Shown: piece by piece, positions 11,811 through 26,038 of the stretch
Layout: every line of letters starts with the position of its first letter
How positions within the stretch are numbered: the stretch's first letter is position 1
NCBI GenBank assembly: GCA_904063045.1
Contig: CAJFCJ010000006.1
Coordinates: 744,001-808,000 of the forward strand
Length of the DNA: 64,000 nt
Source of the DNA: Dimorphilus gyrociliatus
Lineage: Eukaryota; Animalia; Annelida
Reading direction: 5' to 3'
Made by a program: the position numbers and the translations under genes
Notes under the pieces: model-generated
What the model was told of the DNA's origin: nothing
Databases searched by the model: none
The model's input: only the letters and a program-made list of their open reading frames with translations

Positions 11811-14800
11811 TTAAAAGTCGTCAGATTCAATGTCAATGTCAAAAATTTCTCCTTCCGTTTCGTCTTCACTATCAGAGTCAATGGTATATTTTGTAACTCT
11901 GGCTCTTGTTGACTTCGCTCTTGGTTGTATATCCGAGGAGTCTAAGTCTTCTTTTTCCTATTAAAAAAACATTGAAACTTTATAATCAATAACCTCATTG
12001 AGTTATTAAATTTTACTTCATTATCGGAAAGCAAGACAATTTCAGACTCAGAATCAGACATTTCCCAAGCTTTTTTCTTTGGTTTCTTGGGAGATTTTTC
12101 CTATAAAAATTTTTATAAGTTTTAACTCTCATTTAATGATTATATTCTTTTTACCTTCTTCGGTTTTCCCTTCTTCTTTGGCTCATCCAGGAAGGTACTT
12201 GGTTCAGCAGGAGTTTTCCTTTTCTTCTTTGGTTCGGCTTTTGGTTTTGATTGCTCGGCAGAAGTTCTCGCTACAATATATGTTTTTATAAATACAGCTT
12301 CATGAATTTATTAACTTACGAGAAACAACTTGTTCCAAGGGAGGCATAGAGTCATCAGAGTCAACGTTTCCCAGAAAATCATCTATTTTACGCTGCTTTC
12401 CATCCTCTTTTTTCTATTGTCAAAGCTTATTTTAGAGATATATCATTTATTAAAAGAAAATATTACTGCTGCAGCTTTTCGTTTACGATTTGCCTCAGCT
12501 AAAACCTTCGTTCTAAGAGCAGGATCAAGAACAGGTGGTACTCTCTCTCCAAATTGTGATGGCTTGGTATCTTGAAGATGCACCTTGGCTGTCTTTCCTC
12601 TCCCTGTTTATAATATAAGGATAGCTTATTGTTTATGATATTTAATAAAATTTATAGCAAAACATTAACCCTTTCCAGTCTTTCCTGTAGTTGTCACGAT
12701 TGCAGTTCCAGCATCTGCTCTCTCCTTTTCTTCTACTTTCTGGTAAATTGTACAAAAGATAAGCTATCTATAAAGTATTTAATTTAATAAAACCTCTAAT
12801 TCTTCAATAAAATCATTTAAGTCTTCTCGCCATAAATCTTTAGGGGATTTTTTCTTCAAAGTATTTAATTCGACTTCCTTATCTTTCTTTTTCTTCAGGA
12901 ACTCCTCTTTCTTTTCGCGAGATAGGTTGTAGATAGGCATTCCAAGTAAATATTGGAAATCGTAATCGCCTGCATCTTCCGTTTCCTCTTCTTTATCCTG
13001 ATCTTCAATAGAATCAGCTTTTTCTCTCTCTCTCCGTTCCTTTTCTACTTTCTCCTTCCAAGATTTCACCGGATCAGGCTCAAAGTCACGTTGAACCAAT
13101 TGGGCAATAATATCTTTCTTTTTCCTATCTTCAATTTTGATTTTGCCCTCGATTTTCTCTACAATAAATCGAGCCATATTAGTTAATTTTCTCATCTCAG
13201 CCTCCAGCATATTCTCCATATATGACTTTCTATCCCCATAGAGTTTGAGACGATAACCATAAAATTCTTTTAAAATTTCTATTGGATTATTATATCTCCT
13301 TATACATCCATTTGTGTCAAATAAAACCATGGATGCTAATGACATAGTTGTTTGGATCTTAAAATATTTATGAAGCCCCATTTGTCGCGCATCGGACATT
13401 TTTGCTTCTGACATTTTGACTACAAATTTTACGGTTGTATCAGTATGATATTCTCTGAAGTCTTGTATAACAGAGGGAGTTTTTTCAGTACCCTGCAACA
13501 TAGGATGTAAAACGGTTTCTTTATACGGTTGAGTCCACGTTTTAACTGGTAATTCAGTAATTTCAATTTCATGTTCATTCAGCAGAGACACTTCACCGTT
13601 GGAAGCATATTTAGTTTCGTCTACAGCGATAATTTCGCCTCTGAAGTTTTTATACCAGGGCTCCATATGGCGTGGTTCCAATCCATCCATCATTAACTTT
13701 AAGTTTTCAACAATATCTCTCGGATTGTAGTTAGGAACTTTTGTACTCCATCCAGTCCCTATGCCTTCAGCACCATTGACCAATACCATAGGTAAAATAG
13801 GAACATAATGATTAGGTTCAATTCGCTGATTATCATCATACAAGTGTAAAAGTAAGGGATCGTCATCTTCGTGAAACAGCTTTCTTGCAAGGGGACTTAG
13901 CTGAGTAAAAATATAACGAGGAGAAGCAGCATCTTTCCCTCCATTCAATCGTGTACCAAATTGTCCAACAGGAACCAAAATATTGATATTGTTTGAGCCA
14001 ACGAAATTCTGAGCTAAATTTATGATCGTTGCCATAAGAGATCCTTCACCATGATGATAGGCAGACAATTCGGCCACGGCACCAGAAAGTTGGGCAACTT
14101 TAACTTCCTTTGTTTGCTTTCTTTTAAAGCAGGCAAATAGTACTTTACGTTGACCTGGCTTTAAACCATCACAAACAGACGGTATTGAACGTTCATTATC
14201 GGCATTTGAAAACAGAATTAACTCCTTGTTAACAAAATCAGAATAAGTAACAGTTTTCGTATCTTTCCCATATAAATAAACCTAAAAGTTACTAAAATTA
14301 AGTTTAAAAGCTCAATTTATTTCTTTGTAATACCTCAGGTCTATCCGTTAAGTGTCTCTCTTTTCTATCATTCATGTATTCAGTAAGCCAGGTCTTTCTT
14401 TCTTCAATTTTCTTTTTGCTAAAAGCTAGAAGTATAGAATCCTCATCCGTACTTCCTCCAAACCTAAATTTAATTCGGTGCCGTTGCATATCCATGAAGT
14501 ACTCCTTAGCTTCTTTTGAAGTGGACGTACCCAAACCTTTGTAGTACTTTACTTTCCAAACATGCCAATTTGGAGTTGCCTTTTTCCATTCTTCAAATTC
14601 TGGTATGCTGTAAAAACTGTGGACTTTGTCTTTTTTTGAAACTTTAACGATCGGAGTAATAAACTCTTCAATAAAATTATATTTTAACAAGTTTGGCCAC
14701 TTATTGTGAATAAAATTTATAATTAAGCCTTTTATATGAGAGCCATCTTGATCCTGATCAGTCATTATCATAATTTTTCCATATCTTAACTTTTTAATAG

Positions 14801-16774
14801 ACTCAGGATCATCATATTTATTTCCGTAGTTTAGTCCTAATATCTGAAATTGTTGACTCTTTTGAAATCACAGGAATTAAAAAACTTTGACGACCAAACC
14901 TTTATCAGATTATTAATTTCAGCATTTTCCATTATCTGTTTCGTGGTTGCTTCTCTTACATTGAGAAGTTTACCTCTTAGGGGAAAAACACCATATTTGT
15001 CTCTGCCGATAATTCCTAAACCAGCAACAGCAAGAGTCTTGGCTGAATCTCCCTCAGTTAGAATTAAAGTACAATCACTTGAATTACGTGTACCCGCGTC
15101 ATTTGCGTCGTCAAGTTTTGGGATACCTTTTAACTTATTGTGTTTTCCGGCGGAGCACTTCTTTGTTAGCTTTTCTTGATCTTTAAATCTTATCCAAGAT
15201 TGAATAGCATCGATAATGCCACACTTTTCAACCTATAAAATTTTGGGGTAATTAAACCAATATGACAAATGCACATTGTATTAGCTTATTACCTGACCAA
15301 AAAATTTCTCCGAGGGTTCACATTTTGAACCAAACTTTTTAGCTTGTAAGTTCATTGATTCTTTGGTCTGACTATCATAACTAGGATTTTCAATTAAGCA
15401 ATTAATGAAAATCCATAAATGATTTTTAACTTGAAACGGTTTAATCACTACAGATGATCCTTTTTTTTCTTTTTTCTTAACAGCATTAACTAAACGGTTA
15501 GCTATTTGATCGGCAATATAATCAACATGCTTTCCCCCTTTTGTTGTAGCAATACTATTTACAAAAGATACTTGTTGCATTCCTTTGTCGCTTATAGTTG
15601 CTGCTATTTCCCATCTTTCGTTTACCTAAAATTAATGATAAGTTGTTAAATCGGAATATGTAAGCTTTTTTTTTACCAATTCATAGGCAACTTTTAATTT
15701 GTTCCCAGAATCGTCTTCTTTATCTTTAATGAACAGTTGGATATAGTCCTTAAAATTGTTAACTTGCAACTTCTTTCCATTGAGCATAACTTTAACACCC
15801 CTGGTTGAAGCAGCTACGTCATATGCTCGTCTTTTGAACAAGTCACAAATATCCTTGTCCAGTCTGAAATTTAGTAACTTGAGACTGTTTCGCAATTAAA
15901 GTAAATATCAACTTACTCAGTCATATCGAATTTTTTTAAGTCAGGATAAAAAGTTATTGCAGTCGAGTCGGATGACTTATTGGAATCTTTTACCATAGGA
16001 CCGCTTGTTTTCATCATATTATCTTCCCAAACCTTAAATATTGAACTTTAAAATAAGTTTGTACATCTTAATCAAAACCTTACTTGTTTGAAAGATCTTT
16101 TCAATTTACTTGAGGTAGTTTCGACGATAAATTTTTTACTAAAGATATTACACAACTTTGCACCGAAACCATTTCGACCACCCGTAACTTTTTTCTCATC
16201 ATCATTGAAATTAGACGACGTGAGGAGGTGACCAAAAATCATAGTTGGAATGTACATATTCTCTTTCTTATGCATTTCAATTGGAATACCTTCTCCATTA
16301 TTTTCTATTCGAATTTTATTATCCAACCTATAAAATCAATCAATAACACTATCTGGTCGACAAGTTTTAGTTTTTACTTACGAGTTGATTTCGATTGAAA
16401 TTCTTGTCATCCCCTCTCTGTCTCTTTGTTTGTTATCAGCGGCATTAACTGTTGAATTGAAAATTCAATTACCTCTTAGTTTGTTATAACATCAGCATGT
16501 GTATTATTTCAAATAAGTTGCTTACCCATGATTTCATCAAAAATTTTATATAAGCCGGGCACATAAGTCAATTCTCGCTGGATCATCTGCTCTTTCTCAT
16601 CATTATATACCCACATCATCTGATATTAAGAGATATTAGACAAAATTACTATTTGAATGGCCAAACCTCAGTGTGCTTGTGTATGGATCCAATATATGTA
16701 TCTGGTCTGAGAAGAACATGTTCCAGTTGGGTTTTTTTCTGATAAATATCCTCTAGATCTCTGGCAGGAGCCAT
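11811..16774 (-). CDS. TOP2: DNA topoisomerase II (type IIA), multi-exon
   Basis: N-terminus MAPARDLEDIYQKKTQLEHVLLRPDTYIGS; GGRNGFGAK ATP lid; TEGDSAK and PLRGK; MTDQDQDGSHIKGL TOPRIM; active-site AASPRYIFT; acidic tail ending ...IDIESDDF* (TAA 11811-11813). Confidence 0.97.
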
Positions 16775-16971
16775 CTAGAAAAGGAATTAAAATCAGTAAA
16801 TATAAAGCAAAAAAAGGATTCTTATGAAACCTTTCAGAAATGTTCGTTGAACTTAGTATACTATCTTATATTACACTGATGAAAGTCGGGTAATAATAGG
16901 AGAATATATAATTTTCGAAAATTTCTGTCCTAGAACGATTTAGCGAAATCTTGTAGACTTATGTCAAAAGT

Positions 16972-17011
16972 AAAATGGCGACCTTATACAATTTAATGGG
17001 TCGCCATATTT
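16972..17011. promoter_or_regulatory. Inverted pair of YY1/Pho-like motifs (ATGGCGACC...GGTCGCCAT) in the TOP2-GTF2B divergent intergenic region
   Basis: Perfect 9-bp inverted repeat (16975-16983 and 16999-17007) with a 15-nt spacer. Each arm extends to AA(A/T)ATGGCG, which resembles the YY1 core AANATGGCG. Confidence 0.4.
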
Positions 17012-17652
17012 CATCTCTATCAATGCTCCTTTTATATCGCTCTAGCTTCAGATCCAAATTTTCTGATACAAAAAGCTACTTAGTTTCTTAAATATATGAA
17101 AACTCTACACTCTTTCTGGGTGTTTGCCAAGTTTATAATCTAAATATTATTATGAGTTTTGTAACGATGCTCTTAGATAAGATTTAGCTAAACAATCTAA
17201 ATAACCTTACCTTTTCGGAACAATTTTTGCGCCAAGCAAAACTGAACCGATATTTTCTGTATTCTTATTGGCTAGCAGAAGCGATCATTTGTTAATTAGC
17301 CGTTCTTACTAAAACACGAACAGAAAGGACCTTGTCATATGTTTAGATATTATATTACACAACTAAAATACATTTACAATTTTTGAGTAAAATTTTTTTT
17401 GAGTGAGTAAAATAATTTTTTCTGGATAGGTAATAATTGGTGTGTTTATCCGAAAACCATAAGGAAATATCTCCTTCACTAATTATATTCTAGTTTCACT
17501 GAAATATTTTCCATTTTTTTTCGAAATTAGTATACTAAAGATATCAAAAATGAATAATTTGGAAAACAACAATAGTGGTGTAAAAATTTTCCGGAAGAAT
17601 ATATTTTTTATATAAAAAGGAGTTATGCTAATTCATAGTTCAGATTACCACA

Positions 17653-18971
17653 ATGGCTGCGAAATCCAACAAGTACTTACTGTTTTTTTTACATTTTGCC
17701 GAAATTCTCACTTATTTAATGCATTCTAAATAAATTTAAGTTATGAAAAAAATTTCCAAATTCTTTGTGATTAAACACAAGGGACTAAATATTATAGTTT
17801 TAGATATAAATCACTTTTTTAGAAAAAAATTCTGAAAATGGGATATTATCGCTCATAATTTTTTATAAATCTTACCCTTAAGCTTCACCGGAGTAAGAGT
17901 CAAATGCCCGAGTCATCCAGATGTGATACTCATAGAAGATTACCACGCAGGAGATATGGTCTGTCCTGAGTGTGGTCTAGTAGTCGGCGATAGGTTAGAT
18001 TTCAAATTCAGTTTCATTATTGCGTAATAGACTATTATTACATATGCATGTAAATAAGTTTCATGGTTCATCAGAGTTGTCGATGTCGGATCAGAGTGGA
18101 GAACATTCAGTAATGAAAAAAGCACCAAGGATGCTTCTCGTGTTGGTGCCGCGGAAAATAGTCTTTTAGAAGGTGGCGACCTATCAACAATGATAGGAAT
18201 GGGGACCGGAAGTGCTAGTTTTGATGATCAAGGACGGCAGATTTATCGAAATAGACGACAAGTGACGAGCTCCGAGAGAGCTCTGCTAAATGGTTTTGGT
18301 GAAATTAAAACTATGGCTGATAGACTGATGCTTACTGAGTCGTTATCAGATCGAGCAAGATCACTTTTTAAACAAGTTCATGATACAAGATCTTTAAAGG
18401 GAAGATCCACAAATGCAATTGCATCTGCGTGTTTGTATATAGCTTGTCGTCAAGAAGAAGCACCACGTACCTTCAAGGAAATCTGTGCCGTATCTACTGT
18501 ATCAAGGAAAGATGTTGGACGAGTTTTCAAGTTAATCTTGAAAGTTTTGGAGACTTCCGTTGAAGTTATTACTACAAGTGATTTTATGGTACATCATTTA
18601 AATACTAATCTGTCTTACTCTTATATAGATATCATTATTTTACTATTATATTGATATCTTTTCAGAATCGTTTCTGCAGCAATCTTTCATTGTCCAATGC
18701 TGTTCAAAAAGCAGCAACCCATGTGGCTAAGAGGGCTGTCGATACAGATCTTGTTGCAGGAAGAAGCCCAATTTCTATTGCAGCAGCAGCCATTTATATG
18801 GCCTCGCATGCGTGCAACGAGCCAAGAACACCTAAAGAAATATGTGACATTGCAGGCGTTGCAGATGTTACAATTAGGCAATCGTACAAGCTAATGCTTC
18901 CTCATGCTAAAAAACTATTTCCTGATAACTTTAACTTTGCTATCCCTATCGATCAGTTTCCCCAAAATTAA
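17653..18971 (+). CDS. GTF2B: Transcription initiation factor IIB, 4 exons
   Basis: Zn ribbon [30 protein letters not shown]; B-reader [14 protein letters not shown]; cyclin repeats with [20 protein letters not shown] and [14 protein letters not shown]. Confidence 0.97.
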
Positions 18972-19970
18972 ATGTATTCATTTAGATTTTTGTATGGGGT
19001 GTAATGTTTCTAAAACTGTATCATTCGTTATATTTTGACTATGTATTATCTTTATTTGTTAAAAGTAGATCTCTTGAGCACTAACCGTGTAAAATGCATT
19101 TTAAACCTATACTTACTGAAATAAAAATATATTGATATATAAATTTTTATCTTTACTTTCCAGACTACCTAACAGACAGGGAAGGGTTATTAATTGTCTT
19201 GATTTATTGATAAGCTTTTATAAAAATGTATTATACGAATTTTTCATTGAGTATAACGCCATCTAATGTGAAATATTGTAGGAAGATTACAAGCAATTCC
19301 AATCTTGCAATGTACACGAAAGATTTATATTGATTTTGACTTACTCTAAGTAATATTATGTTATCCAATATTGATTTAAACGATCCGACCAAAACAGGAA
19401 GACATTTTATAATTGAAATGGTTTTATTGCTGAGCTTACAAGTTCATTTAATATCCGAGGTAGCGTAAGGGTACCATATTGAGTTTGTTAAGTTACATCT
19501 GTCTTTTATTGAAATATTTACAAGGACTAATAAGTATATAGCAAGCACGCAACTTTTTTCGAGTTTAAATACTGTATATTGGGTCATTTTTTAAGTACCT
19601 TATCCTTTTATTTGATATGAAATTATCAGTATACTTCAAATATATTAAACAATAGTAAGAAATATACTTTTATTAAAAAGTAGCTTATTTAAGCTACCGA
19701 TATCTCTGAATGTTGTTATACCGAAATTGATCATTCATAATCATTAAACAAATAAATTCTTGTACCTGTTGCACATAATAACATTTTAAGTTTTCATTTA
19801 TAAATATATGAACCATATAATTTAAGCTCTTTCAGATATAAGATATCATATAATCAATTCCCATTACCAATGTTCAAATAACGTATATTATACCTAATTA
19901 TGATATATAATAAGCGTTAATAAGACCAATTTATCGAACCAGTAGCTGAATTCTGTATAAGATAGTCATT

Positions 19971-20543
19971 ATGGAGAGAAAGTATATAAACAAAACCATG
20001 AATGAGGTAAGTACTTGAAAAACGAGGAATTTGCATAGTCAATAGGCCGGCCTAAGTAATATAAATAGTATTATCCTATCATTTTTATAGCATAACGGCA
20101 GAGAGAAAATGACAGATTTTGAGAAGCTAGGAAGCCGATCGAAGTCAACAATGTCCTTTATTCCATCTAATAACAAACAACAACACCTTAGCGGTTTTCT
20201 AACAGGAAGAACTGTTAAGCCTGCTGAAAGAGTTATTTTACCTCATCTGAATCTACATAAACCGACTACTGTAAAATTTTATAACAATAGGAAGTTATTA
20301 TCTTTACCTAAGATCGAGCAGGATCAAAAAGTTAACCAACTGAAGAGGACACATACCTTTGTACAATCTAGACCTATTACTAATGAAAAGATTTATGACA
20401 TATTTGTCGGAAAAGGGGTCAAGAAAGGATTTTGTCAGGTTCGACCTATTATAGATGAGACTATATATCCTATGTTTGCTAGAAGAAAAGGACGATCATC
20501 ATCCAAGTATGGACTTTTTAAACCGGTAGGAAATATGATTTGA
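19971..20543 (+). CDS. Orphan ~162-aa basic protein, 2 exons (19971-20006, 20091-20543)
   Basis: ATG-led 12-codon exon with strong donor GAG|GTAAGT splices in phase 0 to acceptor TTTATAG in frame with ORF 20109-20543. No family recognised. Confidence 0.6.
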
Positions 20544-21231
20544 ACGTTCAGAACAATCAATTTAGCAGTCAAATGATCCTGCATTCAGTTATTTAGTGCC
20601 AAAAACTCGATTTGCATGACGAATCAAGACGAAAAGTAACAGACTTTCATTTTCTAATACTTTTCATAAAAACTTTCAGGAATTAAGCTCTTTCTATATA
20701 ATTTAAACGAATTAAGTAAATATATCTAAGATATCTGCATAATTTTTATTCTTGAATTGAAAGTTTTACTTTTAATTTGTTCATTTAAGGGATATGCTAA
20801 TCTTTCTTTTATTTTTTAATTTTTTACTAATTCTAAAAAATTCTCTGTTAGAGGAGCGTATGAAGATTAAGCAAATCTTAAGATTCAGAATTCTTAAAGG
20901 ATTTTGAACAAACTTAATCGTTCGTCTTAATCTTCTACGCTAAATTATTGTTCATTGTATTAATAATATATTCTAAGGCTTCCTAGATTAAGGAATGCTT
21001 CTTTTTAATGGTTGAATACCTCTAGGTATAAAATACTAAATTAATTTTTGTACATTCTGTTTCGATCTAATAAACATATTCTAGAAAGATTTCTAGAACA
21101 AATTTTGGCGATTTTTTTAAATTAATTTTAATGAAGCTCGAAAACTAATTAAACAAACTATCTGCAGTGCTTATATTTCAAAAAAGAGGCTTAATAAACA
21201 TATTGAAAATTCAATAGCTTTCTTTGAACAT

Positions 21232-24200
21232 CTATTTTAATATCTCGGATTTTTCTCTAGCTTCAAATCCTTCGGATTTTAATCTTTGCAATATAGGTCG
21301 ATAAATATCTGCCGAGAAAGGTAGTACCATTCCTTTGGCTTGTATCTCAGCTGGAAAATAAAGAAACTTGTTCGGTTATAGTTGAATAATTATCATTATT
21401 CACAAACCATCGATAATCATTTTTGCTGCTATTCCTGTTGGATATCCTACAGTGGCTGCCATGGCCGTATAACCTTTAGGATTACCATAGACAACAAAAT
21501 CTATATTTCTCATTTCTTCTTTTCCATCAGCCCATTGTAGTCCGACGTCGTGTCTCATAACAATCATATCACGTTCACCGGGAGCTGTAGATTCAGTAAC
21601 AGTATTACTGATAAGAAATTAGGGTTTACGCATTGGCAAATTTATCGACTACAGAACACGATAAATTTTTTTTTTCCTATCTGATTTATATACAAACCAT
21701 ATGATAGCCTTTTAGACAAATAATTTGATAAAGTATCGAGAGGCGATCCTTTCTTATCTACTAGTTCATCGTCGAACAACCCAAGCCTTGAAAACAATAT
21801 ACGTTAGAAAGTAATATTAAAATGCAACTATTTTTTCCTTACTCTTCGAGAACTTGTAATCTTGGATAGCTTCCACCTAATTCGTCAAATACGTGATCTC
21901 TAAGTGAGTCAGTCAAGATATCATTAGGTTGTTTTACCAACTCTGATATAAATTCTCTCTGAAATGAAGTTGGTTGTATATTACTTTAATTTTAGTATTT
22001 ATGATGTTACCCAAGTAATATCAGGGCCTCCAGGATGCAGTTTTGGGTGGGGATCAGGACTAATCAGTCCAACTCTCAATAAGCCTTCTGCAGATTCCGA
22101 AAATCCACTGTATCTTAGGGTTCCTGAATATTTTTTAATATTAAATAAGTATTTTAGATAAAAGAAAAAGTTAAACCTCTTAAAATAGTATGGGCAGATT
22201 CTATATTATACATTTTAGAGTATGGAAGAGAATCACGATTCGGGAATCCCTCCAGATGAAATCCAGGTAGGAAATTCATTTTTTTAGTGGATTTTAAAAG
22301 TCCTCCATCTCCCTCAATTTCAACAATTTTACCATTTTGGAGATATTTTGCTGGTGAAATGATGTTATACAAAACTCCTCGAGGTGACCAGCTGAATTTG
22401 TATCGAAGTGGATTCTCTGAATTCTCAGGAGCTGGCAGACCACCACAGTACGATACAAAAGAGTTTATCTATTATCAAAATGTGAATGTTCGCATAAAAA
22501 TTACTATTTAAAAGATAATCAACTACCAAAAAATGAATTGTGCATTTATAAAAAAAGGTAAAAGCTTTCTTACTTTTCCTCCGTGAAGTTTAACTTCATC
22601 GAAACATTCCATGGCTAACATGTGATCAATTCCAGGATCAACACCTACTTCATTCATGATTGTGATTCCGGCATCTCTCGCTCTATATTGTTTACTTTAT
22701 TTAAAAAAAAGTAAAATACGAATGCAACATACGCTGAATGTAATTCTTGCATAGCTGGACTGCAGTAACTTGCGGTTACCATATTGGTCCTATACTTAAT
22801 ACATAGTTTGGCTATTTCTGGATGTAGTGCGTAAGGTAGTAAACTGTTTAGAAAATTCTTATCTGCATGTTTATTGATTTGAAAATTAGGGTTAACCTTA
22901 TAACTAAGTCATGATCTTTAATTAAATCCTCAACTTCATTTTGGCTCCTATGAAGTTCCAATAAGACGGGTTCAGTGTTAGGATAGGTTTGAGCTAATTT
23001 ATCAACTTCTTCTTTTATTTGAGCGGCTGAAATCATTTTGCATTAACCAAAACTGAGCACTAAAAGTAGATATATTATCTTACCAACAGTTACGCTTATT
23101 CTAGTATCTCTTGTTAGATAGTCAACAACTGGAGCTGATACATAACCTGCTCCTAAAATGAGTACTTTTTGCACGGATGACCTTGCAACCGACTGTGCTT
23201 TTGCCTGTTGTCTATTTTCAAGGACATACTGTTTCGTTCTTTCGTTTTATTTCTTACTTACGATTTTTGTTCCCTTAGCTTTTTAATATATTCAAAGTTA
23301 GGGGTAAGTGAGCCACCGGAAGTTATAACAGCCTAAAAGCAAAATAAATAATATCAATAACACAAAAAATAGACTTCTGATTCTACTTACATTTTTTACT
23401 ACGGGAGAAGCTTCCATTTCCGTAAAAGGTTCATTGGCATTAGAATTAATCTATTATTGAAAAGAGAAATGATTTATCCTGTGAAATACTACTTCTAAGT
23501 TTAAAAGTCTTACTAGATCTGGAATGTAAGGTAAAAGAAGTGAGCCAAAGAAATCCGTAGCTTCTCTTGGAATTTGAGCTGGCATATTGTCGATAGAGCA
23601 GATAAGAACGCCGTCACCAGAGAATCTATGACAAGCATGTTTTGACTTAAAACCATTAAAAGATACTAGATACCTTTCGGTTTCCATATTCTGATCAGCA
23701 TCGTATAAACAAAATGGTGAATCGATGGTTGTACACTCTTTCATAAATTCGATGGAACCGCCAGGATCAGCTGATATGTCACAAATAGCTAGTAGTCTAT
23801 GAGGAAGTTGTGGGCATCCAGGGCTTGTGGGAAGCCACGGCTGGAGCTACAAATATACATCACATTACAACTGTTTTAAATTGTATTATATTTATTACCT
23901 GAGGTTGAAGTAAATTTTTGGCATCAGGAATCGATATTAATCGCGGAGAATTCGGGGCGTAATATATTCCATTTATGATACAAGAAGCATACGGGGCAAT
24001 CTGAAAGAAGTTTTTTTTAAGTGATATTCTCTCCGAGTCGTTTTACAAACATTCAAAGCAAAGTTGGAAGCATAAAGTTCGGGATGTTGTTCAAATTCCT
24101 CTGCTTCAAATTTCTTTGTTTCTTTATTGAATAAATGATCTTCTCTACTAACAACACAACCGTAGACTTTTTTCGTAGCTGTTTAAAGAAATAAATTCCT

Positions 24201-25757
24201 TTGTAATTTTATAGTAAGTTGGCCGTTAATTATAAATACTAACATCCGTGTTTGGCCACTTTTGGTAGGTGCTCTGGTTCAACATATTCATGTGGTAAAT
24301 CTTGAAAAATTTCCTGAGCACCTTGGGATACGTTTCCACTTCCAGTAAATACAAATGTCAATGGACCAATTGATTGAGGCATTCTACCCAAAGATATTTC
24401 ATAACCTGCGTCTCTAATTGCTTGACTAGCCATACCGCTATTTCTGTAATTATGAGATGGTCCAATATGCTATAACAAATAACATATATACATTTTAATA
24501 TAAAGGTTATCAAGTGATGAAAAAATTAGTGCTTAATAAATTTTATTGAATATTATCAAAAACTGAATCTCAACTATAGTTTGATAATTTTTAATAACTA
24601 AATAGATTATACAACTTTGTTATCTTGATACTTAAATACTTATAAGGCAATTAAGATTCTGATTTTTGATAACTGATAAGACTTTTCACCTACCATAAAC
24701 GGAGTGTGATGACCAAGAGCTAGCAGCCTGAGACCCATTCCGTGTAGGATATTGATCATACCCGATACACCGGCATATTTACCGAAAGCGACAACCCTTT
24801 TATCTTGGCTATCAACCATTTTTTCATAGTCAATCAATCGTATGTTCTATAAAGTATACACACTTGTTATGCAGTCGAGGAAAAAAAGAAAGAATAAAAC
24901 AAACTTTTTCAAGCATGGCATCCAGTAATGGCATATTAGCTTCTTGAGCTTTGATAGTGTGGGAAAAAAAGACATAAGTTTTATTGGGCTGCAAGACATC
25001 AATTGGAACAACTTTAACGCCAATTATAACTGGTGCTTCGCTTATGTCTTCTTGAACTTTTGCTCCAACAGCAGCGTATTCCTGAAAAAGTTTTTGCTAT
25101 AGAAAACTATAAAAAGCTCTGTAAAATTTATCCAAGAACAAAACTGATTATACATGTGAATTTTTCTAGCAGACAATAAAATTGTAACTTAATCATAGAC
25201 ACTTTTAGGAACGACACCGCGGATGATAAAATTTTGCTGCTCATGTCCGTTATTACATTTTCTAGAAATTCATGTTGCATAACTATGTAAATATAATAGT
25301 TATTACTGGATAATTGGATAATTGCATTGCACATTTCTTAAACTTTAATGTTAAGTTCTTTAACTTAGGATAAACCTTCCCAAGATAATAAAAATTAGTG
25401 GTTAAATTAGTATTTATGATAGGGCCTTTAAAAGAAATTCGTAATATAAGCTTAATACGAAGATATATGGTTATATTCAATGGAAGCACTATCACGCCAT
25501 GTGAACTATAGGTCTATGAATTTTTTAAAATTTCTATTCTATTCAATTTGACTTACCGCCATGTTATAAGCCCTTCTATTTGATGGCTGAACAAGAACTT
25601 TTACACCATTTTTAACTAACAACTTCACATGATGAGGAGCAAGGGGGGCTCTTCTTTCCCACACCGAGTTATCTTCTCGTCTTATGGCGACAACACGTTG
25701 CACGCCAGAGGTATAAAACCTTTGCAATTTGCTTAAATTTTTACTTGCGCGAAGCAT
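21232..25757 (-). CDS. AASS: Alpha-aminoadipic semialdehyde synthase (bifunctional LKR/SDH), mitochondrial
   Basis: Transit-like N-terminus, then [16 protein letters not shown]; [12 protein letters not shown]; [11 protein letters not shown]; [13 protein letters not shown]; [14 protein letters not shown]; LGAGYVSAP; [10 protein letters not shown]; [15 protein letters not shown]. Stop TAG 21232-21234. Confidence 0.97.
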
Positions 25758-26038
25758 ATTTTATCAAACTAGAAGAGAATCACTTTTAAAATCTACTTGT
25801 CAGTAGATGGAAAGCAGTCAGTTGATTATTATCGACAAATATCAGTCGCAAGTGATAATCAAGATTCGTAGATCCTTGACCTTGGAAAACTTTCGAAGAT
25901 AACCTGGTGGTGATAAAATTTTATGGCGGTAAATTTAAAAGTTTCAAAAACTATAATTTATAATTTAGTCTTTTAAATAATTATATTTTGCCAAAATTAA
26001 TTTATATTGATTTTAGAGAATTTTTAGTGAAAAACAAA

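Noticed and set aside
20865-20919. Imperfect hairpin (pre-miRNA-like)
   Set aside because: It is very AT-rich with large bulges and a short continuous stem, so it is likely chance.
21079-21098. TTCTAGAAAGATTTCTAGAA palindrome resembling a heat-shock element
   Set aside because: GAA-to-TTC spacing is 4 nt rather than 2, and it lies between convergent 3' ends.
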